A stretch of DNA of 61,789 nucleotides from positions 1-61,789 of the IMG/VR virus record IMGVR_UViG_3300048079_000081, one strand, 5' to 3'. This document shows positions 1 through 8,270 of this stretch, one piece after another (the stretch's first letter is position 1; every line of letters begins with the position of its first letter). This DNA is from a virus (lineage: Duplodnaviria > Caudoviricetes). A program made the position numbers and the translations under genes. The notes beneath the pieces are model-generated. The model ran no database searches. It saw nothing but the letters and a program-made list of their open reading frames with translations, and was not told where the DNA came from.

Positions 1-126
1 GCGCGCTCGAGGCTGGCCGGACGCCTGACGCCGAGCTCGCGGCCGTCTGCCGGCTGACCGGACTCTCGCTCGCGGACGCGGCCGACGAGGGGGCCCGCCT
101 CCGCGCCACGCGCGCGCCCAGGAGGT
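1..126. repeat. Terminal direct repeat, left copy (circular assembly overlap)
   Basis: Identical to 61650-61775; the match ends where the first 19-bp palindrome begins. Confidence 0.95.
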
Positions 127-156
127 CGCGCTCCGGGAGCGCGAGGAGGTGATCCG

Positions 157-576
157 GTGCGGTGGCCGTTCAAGCGCCGGGCTCCCACGGTGGAGCTCGC
201 GCTCCCGGAGCGCGATGAGCTCCAGACCGACCTCGAGACGGCCCGCCTACTGGCGGTTTCCCGGGAGGCGATCCAGTCGAGCGACGAGCGCCTCGAGCGC
301 CTCCGGCCGCTCCTCGACACTGCCCGCCTCGAGCTCCGTGGCGCGCGCTCCACCGGTCTGACGCCAGCGCGGCGGGGCCAGGTGCTTCTCGACCTCGACG
401 CCTGGGCGCAGCGGGTGGACGGCTTCGCGGCACGAGCGGCCGAGGGGTCTCGCGCTCCAGGAGCGCGATCCCTGCGGCGGTTGGCCCTGGCCTATCTGCG
501 GGGGCTCCATGACCTCGACGAGCGGCAGGCGGGCCTCGTGCTCGACGCCTACCTGGCCGAAGGGGAGGGCCGGTAG
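157..576 (+). CDS. hypothetical protein
   Basis: GTG start after GAGGAGG; contains two palindrome copies. Confidence 0.7.
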   Translation: MRWPFKRRAPTVELALPERDELQTDLETARLLAVSREAIQSSDERLERLRPLLDTARLELRGARSTGLTPARRGQVLLDLDAWAQRVDGFAARAAEGSRAPGARSLRRLALAYLRGLHDLDERQAGLVLDAYLAEGEGR

Positions 577-881
577 TGCTGCCGGCACGCGATGGCTTCC
601 TCGGCTGGACGCTCCTGGCCCTCGACGAGGCCGCCAAGGGCGGGCTGAGCGATGCGGAGCTCGCCGAGCTCTCGACCACCCACCGCGCGGCGCTGGCGAT
701 GTGGCACCGCGAAGGGGTTCTGCCTCACGCGGCGGCCCTGGCGCTCGTGATCCTCGCCTGCGGCGGATTGCCCCAGGCGGCGATCCTGGAGGCCGTCTTC
801 CTAACCGGCGCCGGCTATGTGATGGGCCGCGCCGCCTACCCGTGCTCCTGGAGCATGGCCGAGGCCCTCGCCACTTCCTGA
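576..881 (+). CDS. hypothetical membrane protein
   Basis: Start overlaps previous stop; hydrophobic C-terminal half. Confidence 0.6.
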   Translation: MLPARDGFLGWTLLALDEAAKGGLSDAELAELSTTHRAALAMWHREGVLPHAAALALVILACGGLPQAAILEAVFLTGAGYVMGRAAYPCSWSMAEALATS

Positions 882-892
882 GCGCGAGGGGC

Positions 893-922
893 TTCCCTCC
901 CGCCGTCTGCCGGGTGTAGGAT
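893..922 (+). promoter_or_regulatory. sigma70-type promoter TTCCCT-N18-TAGGAT
   Basis: Shares GAGGGGCTTCCC context and 18-bp spacer with the 43731 promoter; palindrome at 925 covers the predicted start site. Confidence 0.5.
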
Positions 923-952
923 GATCGCGCTCCCGGAGCGCGAGGCCCGGCG

Positions 953-1291
953 ATGGCGATGGACCCCTGCCCCATGGAAGACTGCGAGCCCTGCGCCCGC
1001 GCCTCGGGTGGCGTGTGTCTCGTGCACCTCGCGGAGATCAGGCAGGAGTGCGCCATCGCGCTCCAGGAGCGCGATGTGCTCGAGGCCCTGGAGCGCGAGG
1101 TGCTCGCCTGGGCCGACGAACGGCGCCAGGAGCTCGAGGGTGAGCGGTGGTGCGCGGCCTGCGGGCTCCGTTTTGGGCGTCACCTGCGAGACTGCCCGCG
1201 CCCTGGCACCGGGCTTATGGTCTACACGATCGACGACGTGCTCGCGGCGAACGCCAGGCTTCTGGCGGCGCGCGAGGCGAGCAGCGCGTGA
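953..1291 (+). CDS. hypothetical Cys-rich (Zn-binding) protein
   Basis: CxxC motifs (CEPC, CAAC..H..C). Confidence 0.7.
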   Translation: MAMDPCPMEDCEPCARASGGVCLVHLAEIRQECAIALQERDVLEALEREVLAWADERRQELEGERWCAACGLRFGRHLRDCPRPGTGLMVYTIDDVLAANARLLAAREASSA

Positions 1292-2097
1292 TCGGACAAG
1301 CCGGGGAGAGGGGAAGGCCGGGGGGAGGCGGGCACCGCGCTCCTGGAGCGCGGCCCAGCTCGCCGCCCTCCGCGCCTACCCTCGAGCCGAGCCTAGCCTG
1401 GCCGCCCTACGTGCGCCTGGGCCGCGCGGCCGGGGACCTCGCGCTCCAGGAGCGCGACGCTTGGCCCCCGACTGGCACCTGGCACGTGGTCGCCCACCTC
1501 GACGAAGCCGAGGGCGCTGCGCGGCTCGAGGAGGCGCCCGCTCGGGCGCTGCCCGGGGAGGAGTGGCGGGACCGGCTGCTCGCGGAGCTCGCCGTGGCTC
1601 GCGTCTGCGGGGCCCGCCCGCCGGCCGCCGGCGCCGCCGTGGTGCACGCCGCGAGCTCCTGCCGCATCGGGATCAAGACGGCGGCGGCGCCCGTGGCCGA
1701 CCTCGTGCTGCCGGCCGTTGCGCCGCTCGAGGTGGACTTCCTCCTGCTGGCCCGGGTGGCGCTCTCGCAGCCGGAATCGCGCTCCAAGAGCGCGACCGCG
1801 CCCGATCGGGTCCTCTGCGTCGTGACGCTGGTCGGGTGGACGACGCCGCGCGTCTTCCGAGAGCGGTCGATGGTGAGGCAGACGGAAGGGGGCCAGGTCC
1901 GCACCTTCCGGCGCCAGCACCTCTGGCCGGTCGGTTCGTTCCTCGAGCGCCTGCGGTCCGAAGGGGTGGCGCTGCCGCGCTACTCCTCCTGCCTTTCTTG
2001 CCGCGTGCTCCTCTGGCCGGCGCACCTGCTCCTCTGCGGCGCCGCCGGGTGCGCTGCGATCCACGAGGCGCGCGTCGAGGCAGCCCGCCGTGGCTAA
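1288..2097 (+). CDS. hypothetical protein, possible degenerate PD-(D/E)XK fold
   Basis: GTGA overlap start; IGIKT...DFLLLARV...LVGW pattern; C-terminal CxxC. Confidence 0.55.
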   Translation: MIGQAGERGRPGGGGHRAPGARPSSPPSAPTLEPSLAWPPYVRLGRAAGDLALQERDAWPPTGTWHVVAHLDEAEGAARLEEAPARALPGEEWRDRLLAELAVARVCGARPPAAGAAVVHAASSCRIGIKTAAAPVADLVLPAVAPLEVDFLLLARVALSQPESRSKSATAPDRVLCVVTLVGWTTPRVFRERSMVRQTEGGQVRTFRRQHLWPVGSFLERLRSEGVALPRYSSCLSCRVLLWPAHLLLCGAAGCAAIHEARVEAARRG

Positions 2098-2332
2098 CTG
2101 CAAGGGCTGCGGGGCGCTCATCGTCTGGGCCGAGCTCGCCAACGGGAAGCGTGTGCCGCTCGACCCACGCCCGGCCGTCTACGACGTGACGCTGGCGGGC
2201 GTCGCCCACGAGGCGCTCACGGCGGAGCGCGCGGACCGCCGGCGCTACATGGTGTCGCACTTCGCCACCTGCCCGGAGGCGAACCGGTTTTCAGGAGCCA
2301 GCAAGGGCCGCAAGGCCGAGGAGGGAAGGTGA
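2090..2332 (+). CDS. phage Zn-binding hypothetical protein
   Basis: CKGCGALIVW...GKRVPLD...SHFATCP, a pattern common in small phage proteins. Confidence 0.8.
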   Translation: MANCKGCGALIVWAELANGKRVPLDPRPAVYDVTLAGVAHEALTAERADRRRYMVSHFATCPEANRFSGASKGRKAEEGR

Positions 2333-2718
2333 TGGAGGAAGCCAGGGTGGAGTCGCTACCGTGCGCGCTGAGCCCGGAAGAGGTACGCCAGCGTGGCGAG
2401 GCGGTCGCGCGGCTGCTCAAGGAACGCGACGACCTCGACTTCGAGACGAAGCAATACGCCAAGCAACGCCGCGAGGAGCTCGGCGAGCTCGAGCTCGCGA
2501 TTGCGCGCCTGGCAATCCAGATCCGGGAGCGCCAGGAGTACCGGCCGGTCGAGGTGGCGTGCCTCCGCAACCCGAGCGACGCCACGGTGGTGTGGGTCCG
2601 CAAGGACACCGGAGAGGTGGTGCGCCAGCGGCCCATGACCGAGGAGGAGAAGCAGGAGCGCCTTCCCTTCCCGGATGCCCTCGCCCGAGAGGCACTCGAC
2701 GAGGACACGGAGCACTGA
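2329..2718 (+). CDS. phage hypothetical protein
   Basis: Coiled coil then R.DTGEVVRQRPMT.EE.Q..LPF; SD GGAGGG. Confidence 0.8.
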   Translation: MMEEARVESLPCALSPEEVRQRGEAVARLLKERDDLDFETKQYAKQRREELGELELAIARLAIQIRERQEYRPVEVACLRNPSDATVVWVRKDTGEVVRQRPMTEEEKQERLPFPDALAREALDEDTEH

Positions 2719-2892
2719 GCGCGCGGGGCGTTGCCAGCCTAGAGGGCCCGCCTTCAATGAAAAGTCAGTAACCACATTACCGACAAAGGCCGAGCCGCTC
2801 GCGCTCGTTATGAAGCGAGCGCCAAGGGACGCTCCAGGCGCGCTCGGTATGAAACGAGTGCCAGGCGCAGTGCCTCACGTGCTCGTTACCGA

Positions 2893-3270
2893 GTGAGTGC
2901 CGTTGGCCGCGCCGCAATCACTCGAAAAAACACGAGTGCCAATGGTCGCGCCGCGAGAGTTCGGTATGCCGTTAGCGCCAAGGGCCGCGCAGCCATCACT
3001 CGCAAAAGTCAGAAACGCCGCGCCAGAAAGCTCAACGCCATAACCGAGCCCGATGCCGTTCCGCCGTTCCTTGGCCGTTGTTACCTTTGCGGCAAAATGA
3101 TTGAGCGCCCAGGAGCGCACCTCGACCACCTCGTCCCACTCTCCAGAGGCGGCTCGCACATTCGAGACAACCTCGGTTGGGCCTGCGTGCGGTGCAATCT
3201 CCAAAAAGGAACCCGTTCGGTGGAGGAGTTTATAGCCGTGCTCGCCAGCCTGGTTGCCATCTTGGATTGA
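2893..3270 (+). CDS. HNH endonuclease (frame open upstream to 2761; start uncertain)
   Basis: CYLCG...HLDHLVPLSRGGSH...NL..AC.RCN..KG; basic N-terminal repeats; lower GC than flanks. Confidence 0.9.
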   Translation: MSAVGRAAITRKNTSANGRAARVRYAVSAKGRAAITRKSQKRRARKLNAITEPDAVPPFLGRCYLCGKMIERPGAHLDHLVPLSRGGSHIRDNLGWACVRCNLQKGTRSVEEFIAVLASLVAILD

Positions 3271-3283
3271 GTGGGTCTATGGT
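3254..3283 (+). promoter_or_regulatory. sigma70-type promoter TTGCCA-N18-TATGGT upstream of terS
   Basis: -10 lies 6 nt before GTG 3290, a leaderless geometry. Confidence 0.6.
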
Positions 3284-3289
3284 CTGGCC

Positions 3290-3778
3290 GTGGGTGACCA
3301 ATCGGCCACGCCTGGCAGCCGCGACCGCGCCGCCCGGATCAAGCCGCCCAAGGGCTCGAAGGGCGGGAAGCCTCGGGTCGAGCTCTCGGCGGACGAGATC
3401 GAGAAGTTCATCGCGATCGGCCACACGTTCGCTGATGCAGCCGAATACTTCGAGGTCGCTCCCAAGACCCTCTACAACGAGCGGAAGCGCCGGCCCGAGC
3501 TCGACGCGGCCGCCAAGCGCGGCCTGATTCGCAGGAAGGAGCGGATCTGGGCGTGCCTTTGGAGTCAGGCGCGGGCCGGCAACGTCACCGCGGCGATCTA
3601 CCTCGACAAGAAATGGGGCGGCGGGCTTCCCCCCGAGCGCCTCGAGCACACGGGCGCAGACGGCGGGCCGCTCCAGATCCAGCTCGGCCGGGCCAAGGTC
3701 GAGGAGCGCCTGCGCAAGCTGCAAGAGCTCGCGCGGCGCAAGGCGGATCGCGTTCCAGGAACGCGAGGGGCGAAGTAG
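3290..3778 (+). CDS. terS: putative terminase small subunit (HTH)
   Basis: HTH (FADAAEYFEVAPKTLY), A..GNVTAAIYL.K and LEHTGADGGPLQI tail typical of TerS-like proteins; position. Confidence 0.75.
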   Translation: MGDQSATPGSRDRAARIKPPKGSKGGKPRVELSADEIEKFIAIGHTFADAAEYFEVAPKTLYNERKRRPELDAAAKRGLIRRKERIWACLWSQARAGNVTAAIYLDKKWGGGLPPERLEHTGADGGPLQIQLGRAKVEERLRKLQELARRKADRVPGTRGAK

Positions 3779-3784
3779 ACCGCC

Positions 3785-4210
3785 GTGCCGAACGTCTACA
3801 ACCGCGGCAAGGCGAGGATCGGAGGGGCGCTGGACCTCGCCACGGGCGCGCTCCGGCTCCTGCTCCTGCGCACGACCTACACGTTCGACCCTGACCAGGA
3901 CTTCGTGTCGGCGCTCGTGGCGCACGAGCTCACGGTCGGCGGCTACGCACGCCAGAATCTCACGGGCCTGACGCTGGTCGAGGACGACGCCCTCAACCGC
4001 GCCGAGCTCCGCGCGAACGAAGTCGCGTTCCCTAGCCTGACCGCAGGGCAGACGATCGGCGGAGCCGTGCTCTTCGAGAACACGGGCTCGGACGCCACCT
4101 CGAGCCTGCTCGCCTTCTACCCGGCCAACCCACTCGCGACCGCTGGCCTACCTGTAACGGTGCGCTTCTCTGCGGCCTCGCCGGGCGCGGTCCTTCAACT
4201 CAACGACTAG
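3785..4210 (+). CDS. putative virion structural protein
   Basis: LRLLLL..TYTFDPD.DFVS...EL..GGY.R..L pattern seen in phage minor virion proteins. Confidence 0.7.
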   Translation: MPNVYNRGKARIGGALDLATGALRLLLLRTTYTFDPDQDFVSALVAHELTVGGYARQNLTGLTLVEDDALNRAELRANEVAFPSLTAGQTIGGAVLFENTGSDATSSLLAFYPANPLATAGLPVTVRFSAASPGAVLQLND

Positions 4211-4219
4211 GAGTGGCCG

Positions 4220-4735
4220 ATGCCGAAGCCGGCGACCGTGGTCAACGCCATCGTGGCCTACTGGCAAGCGAACCCTGACGGAGGCACTCAAGCCGGCGTC
4301 CTCGCCGCGATGCAGGCGACCGGGATCTCGAGCGCCAACGCCACGGCGCTGGGTTCCGCCCTCCTCCAGGAGCTCTTCGGCCACGCCGTCCTCAACGGGT
4401 CCGCCTACGCCGACCTGAAAACGCGAATCGGCGTGGTTGGGGTGCTCCGCCTGAGCCGGGCCCTGCGCGCGGCAGCGGCCCTCGGCCCCACGTTCTTTGA
4501 CCTCCTCCGCAAGGCCGACCTCCTTGGCGCGGTGTCTTTGCTCACCACACAGATCGCCGCCTTCGACCAGCGGCTCTCCGATCTCGCCGCCGGCGTCGCG
4601 TCTGCATCCGCCCTGCCCGCGGGCGCCGCGCGCGCCGAGCTCCTCGCCTCTGCGGATGCGATACGCCTCGAGCTCGAGGCCGCCCGCGCGGCGGCGGTCG
4701 CCGAAGCCGCTCGGCTCACGGCTGAGGCGGCATGA
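4220..4735 (+). CDS. hypothetical Ala-rich helical protein
   Basis: SD AGGAG; in operon. Confidence 0.7.
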   Translation: MPKPATVVNAIVAYWQANPDGGTQAGVLAAMQATGISSANATALGSALLQELFGHAVLNGSAYADLKTRIGVVGVLRLSRALRAAAALGPTFFDLLRKADLLGAVSLLTTQIAAFDQRLSDLAAGVASASALPAGAARAELLASADAIRLELEAARAAAVAEAARLTAEAA

Positions 4736-6411
4736 CGGTCGTCCTCACCCAGGACGAAGGCTCCCGCACTGCCGGCGGCGGCACGATCGCCTCGATCACC
4801 GCCGGCGTCCTCGTCAATACCGCCGATCTGACGACGGCCGCGATCGGCGACATCGTGGAGATTTTCGGCAGCTCCACGCTGGCGAACAACAGCTTCTTCT
4901 CGATTGCGGTGATTGCGGTGAGCGGCGGGCCTGACTCCTACACGCTCACGCCGACGCCCACGAACCAGGGCGCCTCGGGCTCGGCCCGCCGACTCAACCG
5001 GACCAACATCCTCCAGGCGGCGGTGGCGGTGACCAGCTTCGCGACCCTGGGCGCCGGCGCCGGCGCGGTCAACTTCCTCCGTTCGGATGCGGCTGCCTTC
5101 GTGACGAGCGGTGTGCGCCGGGGAGATCGGGTCATCGTCGCCGGTGGCGGCGTGAACCAGGGCGCCTCCTACGTGCTCGAGGTGCTGAGCGAGGATGTGC
5201 TGGCGCTGGTGACGGTGGGCGGAGTCGCCTGGTCCACGGCGGCCGTAACCACCGAAACCGTGGCCGTCCGCTCTGGCCAGCACCGGCTCACGCCGACGGA
5301 CGAGGCGACCCACTCGTGGGCGGCGGCCCTGGCGGCGGCGGTGACGAACGCCGCGCCCGCCGCCGCGATCATCGAACGGACCAGCATCATCGCGCTCACG
5401 ACACCAAACCGGCGCGACCTCGTGCGCGTGCACGGCATCAGCCGCGTGATTGTCGCGCAGACGAGCGCGCTCAACTCGACCGTGTGGGATTCGCTCGACG
5501 AGGTGGTCGAAGCGGCGAAACCGTTTGCGACCGGGACCGGCGTCTTCAACTACGAGATCCAATCCCCCGACCCGACGGCCGGCTTGACGTTGAACCTCGG
5601 CGACGACGTGGGCAGCACCGACCCTCGCGCCTGCGACCGCGGCTCCTACTGGATCGGCTTCTTCTTCCCGAGTGCGGACGGAGATGCGGGCCGCACGGCG
5701 GTCAACCTCTACGGGTCCGTGTTCGACCTCGGGAGTCGCATCGCCTTCTTCGGTCTGGGCGCACAGATCCGGGGGGCGATCGTGCGTCCGCGCCACGACT
5801 GGAGAGAGGGCGTGGAGATCGCGAACCTCATCGTCTACGGCGCCGCGCCGCTCGTGCCCTTCGGCGGGCCGGCGCTTGCGCAGAACATCGTGGTCGGGCG
5901 CTCGACCCAAACCGGCTCCATCATCGCGAACAGCACCATCATTGGGCTATCTCTAAGCGACCAGGCGTTCTCGCCGTTCGTCACGCTTTTCGGCGGCAAC
6001 GTCGATTACCTCGACCCGGTGGAAGACTACGACATCACCGACCTCGCGGATACGACCAGCAACTCGGCGCGGAAGCTCTACACGTTCAACCAATCTTTCA
6101 CCTCCAAGGAGCTCGGCGGACCCATCGTCGCTCTCACCGTCGAAATCTACGAGGTGGACTCAGGCGGCGGGCAGACGCTCGTCTTTGCGGGCACGACCGA
6201 CGCGAACGGTCAAATCAACGCAGGCGCCGGCGTCGCGCTCGTCCGGCAGACGAGCACGAGCAACGTGGTTTCGGAGTTCACCCACCGCCTCGTGCTGCAA
6301 GGCGGAGGCTTCCGCATACATGACGAAGAGATCGAGATGACCTCGCCCCGCCTGGGCAGTTACCCCGTCGCGCACGCGAGCCCGCACTACGAAGGGGACC
6401 TGGACGAATGA
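4732..6411 (+). CDS. putative virion protein (beta-rich, 559 aa)
   Basis: ATGA overlap; Thr/Gly/Ser/Val-rich. Confidence 0.7.
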   Translation: MTVVLTQDEGSRTAGGGTIASITAGVLVNTADLTTAAIGDIVEIFGSSTLANNSFFSIAVIAVSGGPDSYTLTPTPTNQGASGSARRLNRTNILQAAVAVTSFATLGAGAGAVNFLRSDAAAFVTSGVRRGDRVIVAGGGVNQGASYVLEVLSEDVLALVTVGGVAWSTAAVTTETVAVRSGQHRLTPTDEATHSWAAALAAAVTNAAPAAAIIERTSIIALTTPNRRDLVRVHGISRVIVAQTSALNSTVWDSLDEVVEAAKPFATGTGVFNYEIQSPDPTAGLTLNLGDDVGSTDPRACDRGSYWIGFFFPSADGDAGRTAVNLYGSVFDLGSRIAFFGLGAQIRGAIVRPRHDWREGVEIANLIVYGAAPLVPFGGPALAQNIVVGRSTQTGSIIANSTIIGLSLSDQAFSPFVTLFGGNVDYLDPVEDYDITDLADTTSNSARKLYTFNQSFTSKELGGPIVALTVEIYEVDSGGGQTLVFAGTTDANGQINAGAGVALVRQTSTSNVVSEFTHRLVLQGGGFRIHDEEIEMTSPRLGSYPVAHASPHYEGDLDE

Positions 6412-7652
6412 GGTACTCGACCCACGCTTTCCAGGAGAACACCCACCTGCTCGGAGAGTTCCGAGCGGGCGCGGTGCTGGGCGAGATCAGCATCAAACTC
6501 ATTCGGTTGTCCGACGGTGCACAGTTCACGCAAGGCGGCGGGCAGCTCACGAACGACGACTGCACGGAGGTCACGGGCTCCAGCTTCGCCGGCTTCTCGA
6601 CCTACAAGTGGCCGATCAACAACATCGCGACGGGCTCGCGCCCGGCGCCCGGCACGTTCACCGACTATTCGTACATCATGGTGGACTCCGTGACCGGCCG
6701 CACCCACAAGGACAAGCTGCTCGTCGGTGGCTACCCCGACCAGATCGCGATCCAGCGGTTCCTCGGCGCCGTCTTTATCGACACGGTGAGCGGGACGCCT
6801 GGGACCACGTTCCCGACTGGCACGCCCGAGCAGCCTGTCTCGAACCTGGCCGACGCTCTGACCATCAGGTCCACCTTCAACCTCCCGCGCAAGCTCAACC
6901 TGCACGGCACGCTCTCCGGCGTTACGTCGGACCTTTCGCGCTTCGCGATCGAGGGCGACAACCCGGAAAGCGACCGAATCACCTTCGCCGCCGGCGCGAA
7001 CCTGAGCGACGCCAGCTTCCTGCGGATCAACCTGCGCGGCGTTCTGAGCGGGGCCATCGTCGCAACGGAGTGCATCGTCGGCGGCAGCGCGCTCACCGTC
7101 ACGGGTGTGCGCGGCGTGCTCTTGACCTGTCTCCTGCGCGGCACGATCGTCCCGGCGGCTGGGCAGTCGCTGCTCATGCTCCAGGTGGCGAGCGACGAGC
7201 TCTTCGGCACCGTGATCGACTACTCGGGCACCGGTGCTCTCACGAGCGTGGCTGCGGCCGCCACCTTCGGGGAGTGGCTCATTCGCAACATGACCGTGGC
7301 GAACCAGCAGCTCGGGTGGTCGCTCGGCTCGGGGACGCTCCGGCTCGAGGTGAGCAACACCAACGGGCTCGTTTCGCTCACCGGGATTGGCGAAGTGGAC
7401 GATCAGAGCCCGGGCACCTTCACCAGCTTCTCCGATGCGGTGCTCAAGCCTTCGAGTGTCGAGGACGGGCGTGACGGGTCGGTCGGCCGGCGGCGCGTGA
7501 ACAAGACGGTCCCCGCGCAGTGGACGCTTGAAGTCTTCGACGCGGACGACGAGACCGCACTTGCGAGAACGTACAACATGCGAAAGGGCGGTTCGCCCGT
7601 GAGCGACTCGAACCCGGTGACAACCGCCGTGGACGAGTTCGACCCGGTGTAG
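6408..7652 (+). CDS. putative virion protein (possible beta-helix, 414 aa)
   Basis: GTPEQPVSNLADALTI resembles a beta-helix cap; ATGA overlap. Confidence 0.7.
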   Translation: MRYSTHAFQENTHLLGEFRAGAVLGEISIKLIRLSDGAQFTQGGGQLTNDDCTEVTGSSFAGFSTYKWPINNIATGSRPAPGTFTDYSYIMVDSVTGRTHKDKLLVGGYPDQIAIQRFLGAVFIDTVSGTPGTTFPTGTPEQPVSNLADALTIRSTFNLPRKLNLHGTLSGVTSDLSRFAIEGDNPESDRITFAAGANLSDASFLRINLRGVLSGAIVATECIVGGSALTVTGVRGVLLTCLLRGTIVPAAGQSLLMLQVASDELFGTVIDYSGTGALTSVAAAATFGEWLIRNMTVANQQLGWSLGSGTLRLEVSNTNGLVSLTGIGEVDDQSPGTFTSFSDAVLKPSSVEDGRDGSVGRRRVNKTVPAQWTLEVFDADDETALARTYNMRKGGSPVSDSNPVTTAVDEFDPV

Positions 7653-7653
7653 C

Positions 7654-7869
7654 ATGGCCCCGCTAGGCGGCGAGTACCTGATGTTCGGCTCGGGCGGCGG
7701 CGTGGCCGAGCTGCTCTCCGTCTCGCCGGCTAGCCTGGTGCTGGCGGCGCCGGTCGCCACGTTGAGCGACGGAACCCAGGTGCCCGGGTGCCTCGAGTTC
7801 ACCGTGACCACCCGGCGCGCCCTCGACTGGAGCACCGTGGCCTACCGCGCTCTGGACTGGCAGCGGTGA
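7654..7869 (+). CDS. small hypothetical protein with RALDW repeats
   Basis: Adjacent to previous stop; C-terminal 10-aa repeats. Confidence 0.55.
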   Translation: MAPLGGEYLMFGSGGGVAELLSVSPASLVLAAPVATLSDGTQVPGCLEFTVTTRRALDWSTVAYRALDWQR

Positions 7870-7952
7870 CGACCTTCCGCGCCGTCGAGTGGGCCACCGC
7901 TACGTTCCGCGCGCTAGAGTGGAAGTTCGCCAACTGTGGGCAGGAGGTCCCG

Positions 7953-8270
7953 ATGGAAACCGTGACCGTGTTCTTCGGGAGTGACACGCCCTTCGAGGTG
8001 CAGACCCTCACGGACAAGCTCACCGGCCTGGTGGTGTCCGCCGCCGTGGTCACCGCCAACTTCACGGACAAGCTCACGGGCGCACCCATCCCGGGGATCA
8101 CGAACCCGGTGACGCTCGCGCCCGTCTCCGGCCAGCCGGGAAACTACCGCTTCCTGATCCCGGACACGGCGACCCTGACGCCGGGCCAGCGGGTGCTGAT
8201 CGAGACTCTGGTCGATGCCGGCGGGGGGCTCAAGGGGCGACGCGAGGTGCTCGGCGTGGTGGAGGAGTAG
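7953..8270 (+). CDS. small beta-rich putative virion protein (alternative start 7866)
   Basis: SD CAGGAGG before ATG 7953. Confidence 0.7.
   Translation: METVTVFFGSDTPFEVQTLTDKLTGLVVSAAVVTANFTDKLTGAPIPGITNPVTLAPVSGQPGNYRFLIPDTATLTPGQRVLIETLVDAGGGLKGRREVLGVVEE

Noticed and set aside
1-126. Physical direct terminal repeat of the virion DNA
   Set aside because: Length is typical of an assembler overlap and it lies mid-ORF; real termini cannot be inferred without reads
126-1795. Clustered palindromes as a CRISPR array
   Set aside because: Repeat is only 19 bp, spacing is irregular, intervening DNA is coding, and no cas genes are seen
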